From assembly GCA_044347565.1 (NCBI GenBank), contig JBIKUN010000006.1, positions 415 through 64,414 on the forward strand: 64,000 nt of DNA. Direction: 5' to 3'. The notes beneath the pieces are model-generated. The model was not told where the DNA came from. It did not search any database and saw only the letters and a list, made by a program, of their open reading frames with translations. Positions 46,646-56,078 of the stretch are shown here, piece by piece; within the stretch, counting starts at the first letter, position 1; every line of letters begins with the position of its first letter. This DNA is from Vicinamibacterales bacterium. Its GTDB lineage: Bacteria > Acidobacteriota > Vicinamibacteria > Vicinamibacterales > UBA2999. Made by a program: the position numbers and the translations under genes.

Positions 46646-47845
46646 TCAGCCGATGCGCGCAAGAACGCGGGTGGCGACGTGGTGACCGATGGCGAGCGAC
46701 GCCGTGGCCGCCGGCGACGGCGCGTTCAGCACGTGCACCATCCGCCCGCGTTCGACGAAGGCGAAGTCGTCCACCATCGTGCCCTGCGGCGTGAGCGCCA
46801 TCGCCCGTACGCCGGCGCCGCCGGGGCGGAGGTCGTCGGCGGTGATGGACGGCACGAGGCGCGCCAGCGTCGCCGCGAAACGCGCCTTCGAGAACGAGCG
46901 GCGGATCTCGGCGATGCCGGTGCCCCAGTGCGTGCGCACGAACCGGCGGGCGCCGCGGCTGCGCACGAAGTCGGCGAGGTCGCCAATCGAGACATCGCCC
47001 CACGTGTAGCCCTCGCGGGCCAGCGCGATGACGGCGTTCGGGCCGGCTTCGACGCCGCCGGCCGCCATCCGCGTGAAGTGCACGCCAAGGAACGGGAAAC
47101 GCGGGTCCGGCACTGGGTAGATGAGGTTCCGCACGAGCGACTGACGGGCCGGCGCGAGCGTGTAGTACTCGCCGCGGAAGGGCGCAATCACGATGTCGGT
47201 CTCGACGCCCGACGCCGCGGCCACGCGGTCTGCCTGGAGCCCGGCACACGCCACCATGGCGCCCACTTCCCACACACCGTCCGACACCTCCACCCGCACA
47301 CCGGCCGGTGAGTCCTGCGCGCGGCGGAAGGCGGCGCGGCATTCGACGGCGCCGCTGGCGGCGGCGATCTCCTGCGCGAGCGTCCGCGCCACCGCGGGAT
47401 AGTCGGCGATGCCGGATTCCGGCACGTGCAGGGCGCGAAGTCCGGCGGCGTGCGGCTCGATGGCCGTGAACTCGCGCGGCGTCAGTGCCGTGACGGCGAG
47501 CCCGTGCTCGAGACCGCGCAGGCGCAACGCTTCGAGCCGCGGCAGTTCGTCCTCGCACGTCGCCACGACGATTTTGCCGCAGACGTCGTGCGCGATGCCG
47601 TGCGCGCGGCAGAACTCGACCATCCGCACGCGGCCCTCGGTGCACAGCCGGGCCCGCGCGCTGCCAGGCGCGTAGTAGAGGCCGGAATGGATGACGCCGC
47701 TGTTGTGCGACGACTGGTGCGCGGCGACGTGGGGCTCCTTCTCGAACACCACGACGCGCCGCCGATGCGTGGTGGCGAGCGCGTGCGCCGTCGCCAGCCC
47801 GACGAGGCCGGCGCCCACGACAGCGATATCAGCGGTGCGCGCCAT
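46646..47845 (-). CDS. lhgO: L-2-hydroxyglutarate oxidase/dehydrogenase
   Basis: DIAVVGAGLVGLATAHAL FAD motif and HQSSHNSGVIHSGLYYAPGSARARLC. Start set to ATG 47845 because the palindrome/promoter covers the upstream in-frame ATGs. Confidence 0.85.
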   Translation of the reverse strand: MARTADIAVVGAGLVGLATAHALATTHRRRVVVFEKEPHVAAHQSSHNSGVIHSGLYYAPGSARARLCTEGRVRMVEFCRAHGIAHDVCGKIVVATCEDELPRLEALRLRGLEHGLAVTALTPREFTAIEPHAAGLRALHVPESGIADYPAVARTLAQEIAAASGAVECRAAFRRAQDSPAGVRVEVSDGVWEVGAMVACAGLQADRVAAASGVETDIVIAPFRGEYYTLAPARQSLVRNLIYPVPDPRFPFLGVHFTRMAAGGVEAGPNAVIALAREGYTWGDVSIGDLADFVRSRGARRFVRTHWGTGIAEIRRSFSKARFAATLARLVPSITADDLRPGGAGVRAMALTPQGTMVDDFAFVERGRMVHVLNAPSPAATASLAIGHHVATRVLARIG

Positions 47846-47852
47846 CGCCCGC

Positions 47853-47881
47853 ATTGTAACGGGGTCAGACCCCGTTACAAT
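47853..47881. promoter_or_regulatory. Perfect 29-bp palindrome that reads as two face-to-face sigma70-like promoters and/or a dimeric operator
   Basis: ATTGTAACGGGGTC-A-GACCCCGTTACAAT. On each strand TTGTAA (-35-like) and TACAAT (-10-like) are separated by 16 nt. It lies in the 54-bp spacer between divergent lhgO and GNAT. Confidence 0.55.
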
Positions 47882-47899
47882 TGCTGCGGTTCCTGTCAC

Positions 47900-48379
47900 A
47901 TGACGTCACGCCCTGCTGTTGCCATCCGTGCTGCCCGTCCCTCCGACCTCGAGGCGCTCGTCGCCGGAAACGCCGCGATGGCGCTCGAGACCGAACGTCT
48001 GACGCTCGATCTGCCCACGCTGCGGGCCGGCGTGCAGGCGGTGATCGACGGGCGCGTGCCCGGCCAGTTCTGGGTGGCCGAACACGAGGGCCGCGTTGTG
48101 GGCCAGCTGCTCATCACCTACGAGTGGAGCGACTGGCGGAACCGGCCGGTGTGGTGGATTCAGTCGGTGCACGTGGCCGGCGATGCGCGCCGGCTGGGCG
48201 TGTTCCGCGCCCTCTACGCCCACGCGCGCACCGAGGCGCTCGCGGCCGGGGCCGGCGGACTGCGGCTCTACGTCGACGAGACCAACACGCGCGCCCAGGC
48301 CGTGTACACGTCACTCGGCATGAACGGCGGCCACTACCGCGTGTTCGAGGACATGTTCGCCGAGCCCGAGAAGGCTTAG
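47900..48379 (+). CDS. GNAT-family N-acetyltransferase (159 aa)
   Basis: ATG 47900 (MTSRPAVAIRAARPSDLEALV...). GNAT core VVGQLLITYEWSDWRNRPVWWIQSVHVAGDARRLGVFRALYAH...AVYTSLGM. Found in the frame of listed ORF 47426..48379. Confidence 0.85.
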   Translation: MTSRPAVAIRAARPSDLEALVAGNAAMALETERLTLDLPTLRAGVQAVIDGRVPGQFWVAEHEGRVVGQLLITYEWSDWRNRPVWWIQSVHVAGDARRLGVFRALYAHARTEALAAGAGGLRLYVDETNTRAQAVYTSLGMNGGHYRVFEDMFAEPEKA

Positions 48380-51177
48380 CGCACCGGCAGCCAGAACGAC
48401 GTCTTCACGACGAAGAAGTTCGTGCCGGTCGCGCCAAGCGAGCGGAACATGTCGCTTGGACCCACGTAGTCGCCGCGGACCTCCGTACCGGCGCGGCTCT
48501 GCTGCCACACGACGAAGAGCGTGCTGCCCGGACGCCACTCCCACCGCAGCACGACGTTACTGCGGAACGACAGCGTGTTGAAGTCGCGGTTGCGCAGCGA
48601 GAACGTCGTGCCGTCCACCCCGACCGTGCGGCTGCCGTCCGGCAGCACCGTCATCGTCGTGCCGTTCGTGCCATAGAGCAGGCGGTCGCGGCTGCGCGGC
48701 GCCGCGAGTTCGCCATAGTCGTAGTAGCGGCCCGACGCCGCGAACGGCTCCGCATAGACATCGAGGTTCATGTCGGGCTTCACCGTGAGCCCGAGACGGA
48801 ACTGCGTGGCGATGGTGCTGCGGTTGATGAACGCGAACACGTAGCGCGAGCCGTAGGTCTCGGCGCGTCCGCCGGCGAGCGTCGACACGTACTGCTGCGG
48901 CTCGGTGAGCCGCTCGTAGTACGGCTCGGCCGACAGCTGCCAGCGCGGCGCCGGCCGTATCGAGAGCAGCGTGCTCACCCGCCGCTGGCGGAAGCCGTCG
49001 TCGTTGCGCGACAGCGTAGAGGCCGCCGTCCAGCGTGTCTGCGCGCCGGCACGGTTGCCGAGGGTGACGACGGCGGTCGCCCCCGGGCCGCGGCCCATGA
49101 GCGGACCGCCGCGCGTGAGCGACACGCTCGTCTGCGGCAGATCGCGCCGCACCGCGATGGACGTCGTCCAGAAGTTGGCCCAGGTGAGATCCAGCGTGGA
49201 CCGCAGGTAGCCCGCCTGCACGAGCCGCCGGAGCGTGGTGTCGGTGTTGATGTCGGCGCGAAGCGAATAGGCGCGGAAGATGCGGCCCGGCTGCGTCTCG
49301 CGGTAGCGCAGCGTGGCGTTGCTCAGCCACCCGTCGGCGCCGTTCAGAATCGCGAAGTCGTTCGTCTCGAAGTTCTCGGAGTCGATCTTGGTGTTGACGC
49401 CCCACAGCCAGTGGCGGCCACCGGTGCGATCGAAATTCGCCTGGAACGTCCAGCCACCGAGCGAGGTCAGCGTGGGGTCGAGCGGCGAATACGTGCGGTC
49501 GGGCCGCTGCGCGAAGTGCGCGCTCGCCCGCTGCACGCGTTCGATCGCCTTCGCCGTGCCGCTCACGATCGAGCCGCCGGCCGCGGCACGGAACTCGTAC
49601 TGGCCGCCAGCGAAACGCAGCGTCGTGTTGCCGGCAAACGCCACGGCGTCGCGCGTCTGCAGATCGGCCAGCGGATCGCCCGGGGCGAAGTCGCGGTGCA
49701 CGACGCTCGCCAGCAGCCCCGCGGTCGAGGCCTCCGAGCCGAACTCCTGCAGCACACGCCCGAGCGCGTAGTAGGCGCGCGGCGCCACCGTGATGTCGCG
49801 CCGGTCGAGGGCCGGGCCGGTCGCCACTTCCGCCGACTCCTCCGCCGTGACCGCCGTGAGGAACCCGACCGACGTCTTCGACGGCAGCCGCCCGGTGAGC
49901 TTGGCCGCGCCGAGAATCGTGCTGTTGGTGGGATAGTCCACGTACGTGCCCACGGCGGGTCCGACCGGCCGCGCGCCGACGCGCCGCGAGTAGTAGAAGT
50001 TCGGATGGCCGATGTTGAAGAGCGTTGCGCCTTCGAGAAAAAACGGCCGCCGTTCCGGGAACCGCGTCTCGAATGCGGTGAGATTCACCTCGGCCGGGTC
50101 GGCTTCGACCTGGCCGAAGTCCGGATTGATCGTGGCTTCGAGCGTGAGGTTCGGGCCGAGGCCCATCTTCACGTCGGCACCGACGCGCCCCACGGGATTG
50201 AGCCCCTCCTGGAAAGGATTCCCGGTGCCCGACGGATAGACCGTGCTCGCCGCCGCGACATACGGCGACACCTCGAGCCGGCGCGCCGCCGGGACGTCCG
50301 ACACGCCCTTCAGCTCGCCGAAGCGCGACGACCACGCGCGCACGGTCCGCGGGATGAGCACCCAGTCGTCTTCCTCGTTGATCGTCGGGCGGAAGCGCTG
50401 GATGTTCAGGCCCCAGGTAAGGTCATCGACCGGGTTGAAGCGCAGCTGCGCGAACGGAATCCAGATCTCGGCCGTCCAGCCGTCGGCGTCCATCGTGGTG
50501 GCGGCGTCCCACACGAGGTCGTAGGTCGCATCGAACGTCTCTTCCGTGTCGGCGCCGTGGAAGCGGTCGAGCCGCACGCCGGCGGCGGTCACGCCGAGCA
50601 CGACCGACGTACGGTGGTCGAAGAAGGTGTCGAGGCCAATGAGCAGCCGTTCGGCCTGGTCGACGATGTCGCGGCGTCCGAGCGGCGCCTGGATGCCGCG
50701 CGCGTTCACGCTCGACATCCGTGCGCCCACGTAGAAAGCGCGCGCGTCGTAGGCGAAGCGCACTTCCATCGCGTCGGTGGGCGGCGCGCCCTGGGTCGGC
50801 TCCTTCTGCACGAAGTCGGTGACCGGTGCGGCGCGCAGCCACACCTCTTCCGAGAGCCGGCCGTCCACGGTGATCGTACCGGCATCCACTCGCGTGGCCG
50901 ACGCGCGTTTGCCCGCCGCGACCGCTGCGGGAGCGGGCGCCTGACCAGCCTGCGCGGCGGACGCCCCCGCGAGCACGGCGAGGACACACCACGCGAACGA
51001 GGCGCGAGCGAACGGTGTGAGAAGGCGGCAGGCGATCAGGGCGACGGGATGATAGCGCAGGGTGGTACCATCCGGCCTCGCATGGCCCAGTCTTCGACGG
51101 TCTACGCCGTCACGATCGATCTGTCCAACGTGGACCGCGGCGTCTACGAGACGCTGGACCTCCGCGTGGCCCGGCAT
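48376..51177 (-). CDS. DUF5916 / CBM9-like domain outer-membrane-type protein (paralogue 2); start codon uncertain
   Basis: ITVDGRLSEEVWLRAAPVTDFVQKEP... is homologous to 25941..28157. The signal peptide ARASFAWCVLAVLAGASAAQA begins near 51000. The only in-frame ATG/GTG/TTG upstream of it is ATG 51177, which overlaps yaeQ by 96 nt. In-frame CTG codons lie at 51060 and 51039. Confidence 0.75.
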   Translation of the reverse strand: MPGHAEVQRLVDAAVHVGQIDRDGVDRRRLGHARPDGTTLRYHPVALIACRLLTPFARASFAWCVLAVLAGASAAQAGQAPAPAAVAAGKRASATRVDAGTITVDGRLSEEVWLRAAPVTDFVQKEPTQGAPPTDAMEVRFAYDARAFYVGARMSSVNARGIQAPLGRRDIVDQAERLLIGLDTFFDHRTSVVLGVTAAGVRLDRFHGADTEETFDATYDLVWDAATTMDADGWTAEIWIPFAQLRFNPVDDLTWGLNIQRFRPTINEEDDWVLIPRTVRAWSSRFGELKGVSDVPAARRLEVSPYVAAASTVYPSGTGNPFQEGLNPVGRVGADVKMGLGPNLTLEATINPDFGQVEADPAEVNLTAFETRFPERRPFFLEGATLFNIGHPNFYYSRRVGARPVGPAVGTYVDYPTNSTILGAAKLTGRLPSKTSVGFLTAVTAEESAEVATGPALDRRDITVAPRAYYALGRVLQEFGSEASTAGLLASVVHRDFAPGDPLADLQTRDAVAFAGNTTLRFAGGQYEFRAAAGGSIVSGTAKAIERVQRASAHFAQRPDRTYSPLDPTLTSLGGWTFQANFDRTGGRHWLWGVNTKIDSENFETNDFAILNGADGWLSNATLRYRETQPGRIFRAYSLRADINTDTTLRRLVQAGYLRSTLDLTWANFWTTSIAVRRDLPQTSVSLTRGGPLMGRGPGATAVVTLGNRAGAQTRWTAASTLSRNDDGFRQRRVSTLLSIRPAPRWQLSAEPYYERLTEPQQYVSTLAGGRAETYGSRYVFAFINRSTIATQFRLGLTVKPDMNLDVYAEPFAASGRYYDYGELAAPRSRDRLLYGTNGTTMTVLPDGSRTVGVDGTTFSLRNRDFNTLSFRSNVVLRWEWRPGSTLFVVWQQSRAGTEVRGDYVGPSDMFRSLGATGTNFFVVKTSFWLPVR

Positions 51178-51621
51178 CCGTCGGAAACGGCGGAGTATCT
51201 GGTGACCCGACTGCTCGCTTATGCGCTCGAATACGAAGACGGCATCACCTTCGGCGACGGGCTCTCGACCGCCGACGAGCCGGCCGTGCTCGTGAAGGAT
51301 CTGACCGGCCGCACGACGGCGTGGATCGAAGTCGGCATGCCGTCAGCCGACCGGCTGCACCGCGGCAGCAAGCTGGCCGGCCGCGCCGCGCTCTACACCC
51401 ACCGCGACCTGCGGCAGGTACTGGCGCAGCTCGATGGCCAGAAAGTGCACCGAGCCGCCGAGATCCCCGTCTATGCCTTCGAGACGCCGTTCGTGGACGC
51501 CCTCGCCGCCGCACTCGAGCGCCGTACCCAGTGGACGGTGAACGTGATGGACGGCCAGCTCTACGTCGAAAGCGCCGCCGGATCGCTGGCGATGCCGATC
51601 GTCGCGTCGCACTTCGCGTGA
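51082..51621 (+). CDS. yaeQ: YaeQ family protein
   Basis: ATG 51082 inside the giant listed ORF 47881..51621. MAQSSTVYAVTIDLSNVDRGVYETLDLRVARHPSETAEYLVTRLLAYAL... is the characteristic YaeQ N-terminus. Confidence 0.85.
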   Translation: MAQSSTVYAVTIDLSNVDRGVYETLDLRVARHPSETAEYLVTRLLAYALEYEDGITFGDGLSTADEPAVLVKDLTGRTTAWIEVGMPSADRLHRGSKLAGRAALYTHRDLRQVLAQLDGQKVHRAAEIPVYAFETPFVDALAAALERRTQWTVNVMDGQLYVESAAGSLAMPIVASHFA

Positions 51622-51692
51622 GCGGGCGGCTCGCCTTCGAGCGGCGTCCATGCTACGGTGACGATCTTCGCGGGCCTGATCGTGCTCCAGTG

Positions 51693-52901
51693 ATGCGCCG
51701 CCTCGCCCGCGGGCTCGCCGTCCTCGGCGTGGCGCTCCTCGTCACGGCGCCCGCCGCCGCGCAGACCGCGCCGGCGACGCCCGACGTGCACGTGCACGAC
51801 GCGCCGACGACCGACGCCTGGCAGTGGCGGGTCGAGACCAACATCTTCGCCGGCTACAACCGGCAGGATCGGAAGTTCACGGACTTCGACGCGTGGGAGT
51901 CGCAGAACTGGCTGATGGCGACGGCGGCACGCACGACCGGCGCGTGGACGACCACGATCATCGCCGGCGGCACGCTCGAGCCCTTCACGCTCGCCGACCT
52001 CGGCTCACCACAGGTCTTCCAGACCGGCGAGACGTTCGGCAACGCGCCGCTCATCGACTACCAGCATCCGCACGACCTCGCGATGCACCTCGGCGCGGAG
52101 ACGGCGCGCGCCGTAGGTCCGGCACGCCTCACGGTGGGGGCCGCGTTCGTCGGCGGGCCGCCCATCGGTCCGCAGCCCTTCATGCACCGCGCCTCGGCGA
52201 TCGAGAACCCGCAGGTGCCGCTCAGCCACCATCAGCTCGATGCCACGCACATCACACACGGCGTCGTGCGCACGCGCCTCGAAGCGCGCGGCCTCGGCGT
52301 CGAAGCGGCGCTGTTCCGCGGCCAGGAGCCCGACGAACAGCGCACCGACCTCGACCTCGGACGGCTCGACTCGCAGGCTGTGCGCGTGAGCTATCTGCGC
52401 GGCGGCTGGGACGCGCAGGTCTCGGTGGCGTGGCTCACGCGTCCCGAGCGGCTCTCGACCTACGACGCCGAACGCCGTACCGCCTCGCTCGCCTACACGC
52501 GCACGCGCGGCGACCGCACGCTGGCCGTCACGGTGGCGGCCGGCCAGAACCGCGAGGCGCACGGCAACCTCGAGGCGTATCTCGCGGAAGCGGTGGTCCG
52601 GCCATCGGCCGCGTGGGCCGCGTACACGCGCATCGAATGGCTCGACAAGGACATCCTCGACGCCGGCTTCCACCCGATTGGCCAGGGCCACACCCACCGG
52701 CAATCACGCGTGGGTGCCTTCACGCTCGGAGGCGTGAAGGACGTCATGAGCGGCACATTCGGCCGGCTCGGCCTCGGCGCGGACGTGACGACCTACCGCG
52801 TGCCAGCGAACCTGCAGGAATCGTACGGGCGTCCGCTCTCGATGCACGTCTTCGTACGCTACTACGGCCGCTTCGGCAGCGGCGCCGCCCATCGCCACTG
52901 A
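51693..52901 (+). CDS. Secreted His-rich hypothetical protein, probably a beta-barrel
   Basis: ATG 51693 with signal peptide MRRLARGLAVLGVALLVTAPAAAQ. Amphipathic beta-strand periodicity in the C-terminal half. His clusters DYQHPHDLAMH and SHHQLDATHITH. Confidence 0.65.
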   Translation: MRRLARGLAVLGVALLVTAPAAAQTAPATPDVHVHDAPTTDAWQWRVETNIFAGYNRQDRKFTDFDAWESQNWLMATAARTTGAWTTTIIAGGTLEPFTLADLGSPQVFQTGETFGNAPLIDYQHPHDLAMHLGAETARAVGPARLTVGAAFVGGPPIGPQPFMHRASAIENPQVPLSHHQLDATHITHGVVRTRLEARGLGVEAALFRGQEPDEQRTDLDLGRLDSQAVRVSYLRGGWDAQVSVAWLTRPERLSTYDAERRTASLAYTRTRGDRTLAVTVAAGQNREAHGNLEAYLAEAVVRPSAAWAAYTRIEWLDKDILDAGFHPIGQGHTHRQSRVGAFTLGGVKDVMSGTFGRLGLGADVTTYRVPANLQESYGRPLSMHVFVRYYGRFGSGAAHRH

Positions 52902-52923
52902 CAGGGACCGCCCCCTGCGCGCG

Positions 52924-54495
52924 CTACTGCGCGGCGAGATTCGGGCGGCCCTTGCGCAGCACGAACTTCTGGATCTTGCCGGTGGCGGTCTTCGGCAGTT
53001 CGGAGACCGGCGAGAAGCTGTGCGGCACCTTGAAGTGGGCCAGATGCCCGCGGCAGAACGCGCGGAGTTCGGCCGGCGCCGCCTCGCAGCCGGCGCGGAA
53101 CACGATGAAGGCGTGCGGCGCTTCGCCCCACTTCTCATCGGGAAAGCCGACGACCGCCGCTTCGAGCACGGCCGCGTGGCGCAGCAGCGTCGCTTCCACT
53201 TCGACCGACGAGATGTTCTCGCCACCGCTGATGATGACGTCCTTCAGGCGATCGCGGATCTCGATGTAGCCGTCGGGATGCACGACGGCGGCATCACCCG
53301 AGTGGAACCAGCCATCGCCCATGACGGCGCTGGTCGCCGCCGGGTCCTGGTAGTAGCCGGCCATCACGACGTTGCCGCGCACCACGATCTCGCCGCGCGT
53401 CTCACCATCCGCCGGCACCTCGACGCCCGCCGCGTCGATGACGCGCACTTCCCCGCCGGTCAGCTGCTCCACGCCCTGCCGCGCCTTCTGGCGCGCGCGA
53501 TCGTCGCGCGCGAGCGCAGCGTGTTCCGGCAGCGGCTCGCAGATGGTCATGAGCGGCGAGGTCTCGGTGAGGCCGTAGAGCTGCGTCACGACCCAGCCGA
53601 GGTCGTCTTCGATGCGCTGGATGGTGGCGGCGGCCGGCGGCGCGCCGGCCGTGAGCACACGCACGCCCGCGGGCACACCGGCCTTGAACTCCGCCGGGGC
53701 GTTCGCGAGCGCGATGAGCACGGTGGGCGCGGCGCAGAGGAACGTCACCTGTTCCTGCGAGATGAGGCGGAAGACGGCCACGGGCTCGACCTTGCGCAGG
53801 CACACATGGCGTCCGCCGATGGCGGTCACGATCCACGTGAACGTCCAGCCGTTGGCGTGGAACATCGGCAGCGTCCACAGGTAGCGATCCGCCGCCGACA
53901 TCGGCATGTGGACGAGCATGCCCACGGCGTTCACCCAGGCATTCCGGTGCGTGATCATCACGCCCTTCGGGCGCGAGGTGGTGCCGCTCGTGTAGTTGAT
54001 GGTCAGCAGATCCGACTCGGCCACCGCCGGGCGCACGGGCGCGGGCGACGCGGCGGCGACGAGCGCGGCGTAGTCGAGCCAGCCGTCGCGCGCGCCGCCG
54101 AGCGCCACGAAGTGCCGCACGCCCGGCAGCCGCGGTCTCAGGCGTTCAACGGCGTCGACGAAGTCCGGATCGACACACACCACCGTGGCGCCGCTGTGCT
54201 GGATGAGGTACTCGAACTCTTCCGGTGCCAGGCGGAAGTTGATCGGCACGAGCACGGCGCCAATCTGCGGCACCGCGTAGAACGACGCCAGCTGCTGGTG
54301 CGTGTTCGGCGCGATGTAGGCCACGCGGTCGCCCGGCGCGACCCCGAGCGTCTGCAGCGCTGCCGACCAGCGGTCGCAGTGATCGAAGAACTGCGCGTAG
54401 GTCCAGCGCAGATCGCCGTCCACGACCGCCTCACGCGCGGCGTAGAGCCGTCGCGCCCGGCGCATGAACTCGAGCGGACTGAGCGGAATCTCCAT
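52924..54495 (-). CDS. AMP-dependent acyl-CoA synthetase/ligase
   Basis: AMP-binding signature INYTSGTTSRPKGVMITHRN, plus YGLTET, GDAAVVHPDGYIEIRDRLKD and a C-terminal PKTATGKIQK. Confidence 0.92.
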   Translation of the reverse strand: MEIPLSPLEFMRRARRLYAAREAVVDGDLRWTYAQFFDHCDRWSAALQTLGVAPGDRVAYIAPNTHQQLASFYAVPQIGAVLVPINFRLAPEEFEYLIQHSGATVVCVDPDFVDAVERLRPRLPGVRHFVALGGARDGWLDYAALVAAASPAPVRPAVAESDLLTINYTSGTTSRPKGVMITHRNAWVNAVGMLVHMPMSAADRYLWTLPMFHANGWTFTWIVTAIGGRHVCLRKVEPVAVFRLISQEQVTFLCAAPTVLIALANAPAEFKAGVPAGVRVLTAGAPPAAATIQRIEDDLGWVVTQLYGLTETSPLMTICEPLPEHAALARDDRARQKARQGVEQLTGGEVRVIDAAGVEVPADGETRGEIVVRGNVVMAGYYQDPAATSAVMGDGWFHSGDAAVVHPDGYIEIRDRLKDVIISGGENISSVEVEATLLRHAAVLEAAVVGFPDEKWGEAPHAFIVFRAGCEAAPAELRAFCRGHLAHFKVPHSFSPVSELPKTATGKIQKFVLRKGRPNLAAQ

Positions 54496-54532
54496 CGTGT
54501 CGCTCGCGCGGGCGGATGGCCGCTCGTGCCGC

Positions 54533-55966
54533 CTACCGCTGGCGCGGCTGCTGCGACGTCGTGAGCTTCGCGCCGGGGCCCGAGAGCACCTGGCTGTCGA
54601 CCGTGTACTCGGTGAACGCCTGGTACATCTCGTCCCAGCTCTGCTCCGACCAGTAGACCGGCAGGTGCGGGGCCGGATTCCAGCGGTTCTTCACCGAGTT
54701 GTCGTAGATGCCGAGGCCCAGGATCTTGCTGCCGGCCGGGATCTTCAGCGGCTCTTTCAGCTCGTAGTTGAACTGCCAGTTGAAGTCGAACTTCGGCACG
54801 TCGAGGATGGTCTGCTCGCGGCCGTCGGGATACACGATCACCCAGCGCAGACTCTTGCCGCGCAGATGCATGTGCGGTGACATCGCGTAGAGCGTGATGG
54901 GTTCGGTGACCGGCGTGATGCCGATGATCGACCAGTTCTCGACGTAGGGCGGAATGTTGGGCGTGGTGCGGCTGCGGCGCGTGCTGCCGGTATCCGCCTT
55001 GTAGAGCACTTCCTTGCCTTCGGCGCGATAGAGCGAGGCCGACGCGGTGTCGGTGGCGAGCGGATCGCCGGCCTGGCGGATGAGCAGTTCGTGCGTGACC
55101 GGCACCTTGTTGAACCAGATGCCCAGACGCGAGCGGTCCGTCTGGGGCGTGCCGGTCGGGTTGTAGTGGAGCTGCCAGTTCAGATACTTGCCGGCAGGAA
55201 TGCGCTTGCCCACGGCGGCGCGATGCACGTCCACGCCGCGGCCGGGCACCCACGAGAGCAGCTTCGAGGCGCCGGGCAGCGTGCCGGTGTCGGTCTTCGG
55301 CAGGCCGGCTTCGGTGCGCTCGATGAAGGGCTTGCCGTCGGGGCCGACGAGACGGCCGTCCACCACCTGCGAGCCTTCCGGGATATCCACGACGAAGACG
55401 CCAGAGTGATGCACCACCGAGCGGTTGCCCGGACGCAGTTCCAGCACCTCGGCGAACTTGTCTTCGGTGAACGGAATCTTCGAGAAGAACGTCTGCACGC
55501 CGAGTTCACCTTCGGCGGGAATCTCGAACTCGACGGGCATCTCGAGCACCACGTCGGGCTCGCGGCCATACGTCCAGCCTTCGACGAAGGTCGGCGCCGG
55601 CGGCAGGTCGGCGTCGTTGCCGCGCGGCGCGCCGGCGTCGGCCCACGCGACGAGCGTGGCGATTTCCTTGTCGCTCAGGCTGACGTCGTTGCGCATCGGC
55701 AGCGACAGCGCCGGGTTGGCGCCCCAGGGCGGCATCTCGCGGCTCGCCACCTTGGCCTTGATGGCCTTGGCCCACGGCCGGGCCTCCTGGTACGACAGCA
55801 GCGACATCGGCGCGACCTCGCCGGCGCGATGACAGTTCGCACACTTGGCGAACATGATCGGCGCGACGTCTTTCGCGAAGGTCGGCGCGGCGGGCGCGGA
55901 CTGGGCGGCGGCGCTGCCCGCGAATCCGGCAACACTGATGAGGCCTGCAATCAGGCGACGCGTCAT
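54533..55966 (-). CDS. Periplasmic mono-haem cytochrome c fused to a PHM/DBH-like copper type II monooxygenase domain
   Basis: ATG 55966 (GGGGAG upstream) with signal peptide MTRRLIAGLISVAGFAGSAAAQ. Haem motif CANCH (55829..55843). Cu-ligand pattern VVHHSGVF, WQLHYNP, SPHMHLRG, SWDEMYQAF. Only the last 477 codons of listed ORF 54533..56476 are used. Confidence 0.7.
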   Translation of the reverse strand: MTRRLIAGLISVAGFAGSAAAQSAPAAPTFAKDVAPIMFAKCANCHRAGEVAPMSLLSYQEARPWAKAIKAKVASREMPPWGANPALSLPMRNDVSLSDKEIATLVAWADAGAPRGNDADLPPAPTFVEGWTYGREPDVVLEMPVEFEIPAEGELGVQTFFSKIPFTEDKFAEVLELRPGNRSVVHHSGVFVVDIPEGSQVVDGRLVGPDGKPFIERTEAGLPKTDTGTLPGASKLLSWVPGRGVDVHRAAVGKRIPAGKYLNWQLHYNPTGTPQTDRSRLGIWFNKVPVTHELLIRQAGDPLATDTASASLYRAEGKEVLYKADTGSTRRSRTTPNIPPYVENWSIIGITPVTEPITLYAMSPHMHLRGKSLRWVIVYPDGREQTILDVPKFDFNWQFNYELKEPLKIPAGSKILGLGIYDNSVKNRWNPAPHLPVYWSEQSWDEMYQAFTEYTVDSQVLSGPGAKLTTSQQPRQR

Positions 55967-56078
55967 GGATGGCTCCCCGAGAAGAGTGGACCGGGCACGC
56001 ACCGAACGGCCAAGTTTAGCGCAGGTCGGCCCGCGGATCCGGCCCGACGGCAGGGAACCCGCCGGTAGAATAACGGCC

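Noticed and set aside
47881-51081. First 1067 codons of listed ORF 47881..51621
   Set aside because: This part is antisense to the DUF5916 paralogue and out of frame with the GNAT gene. Only the final 179 codons (YaeQ, from ATG 51082) have a recognisable family signature.
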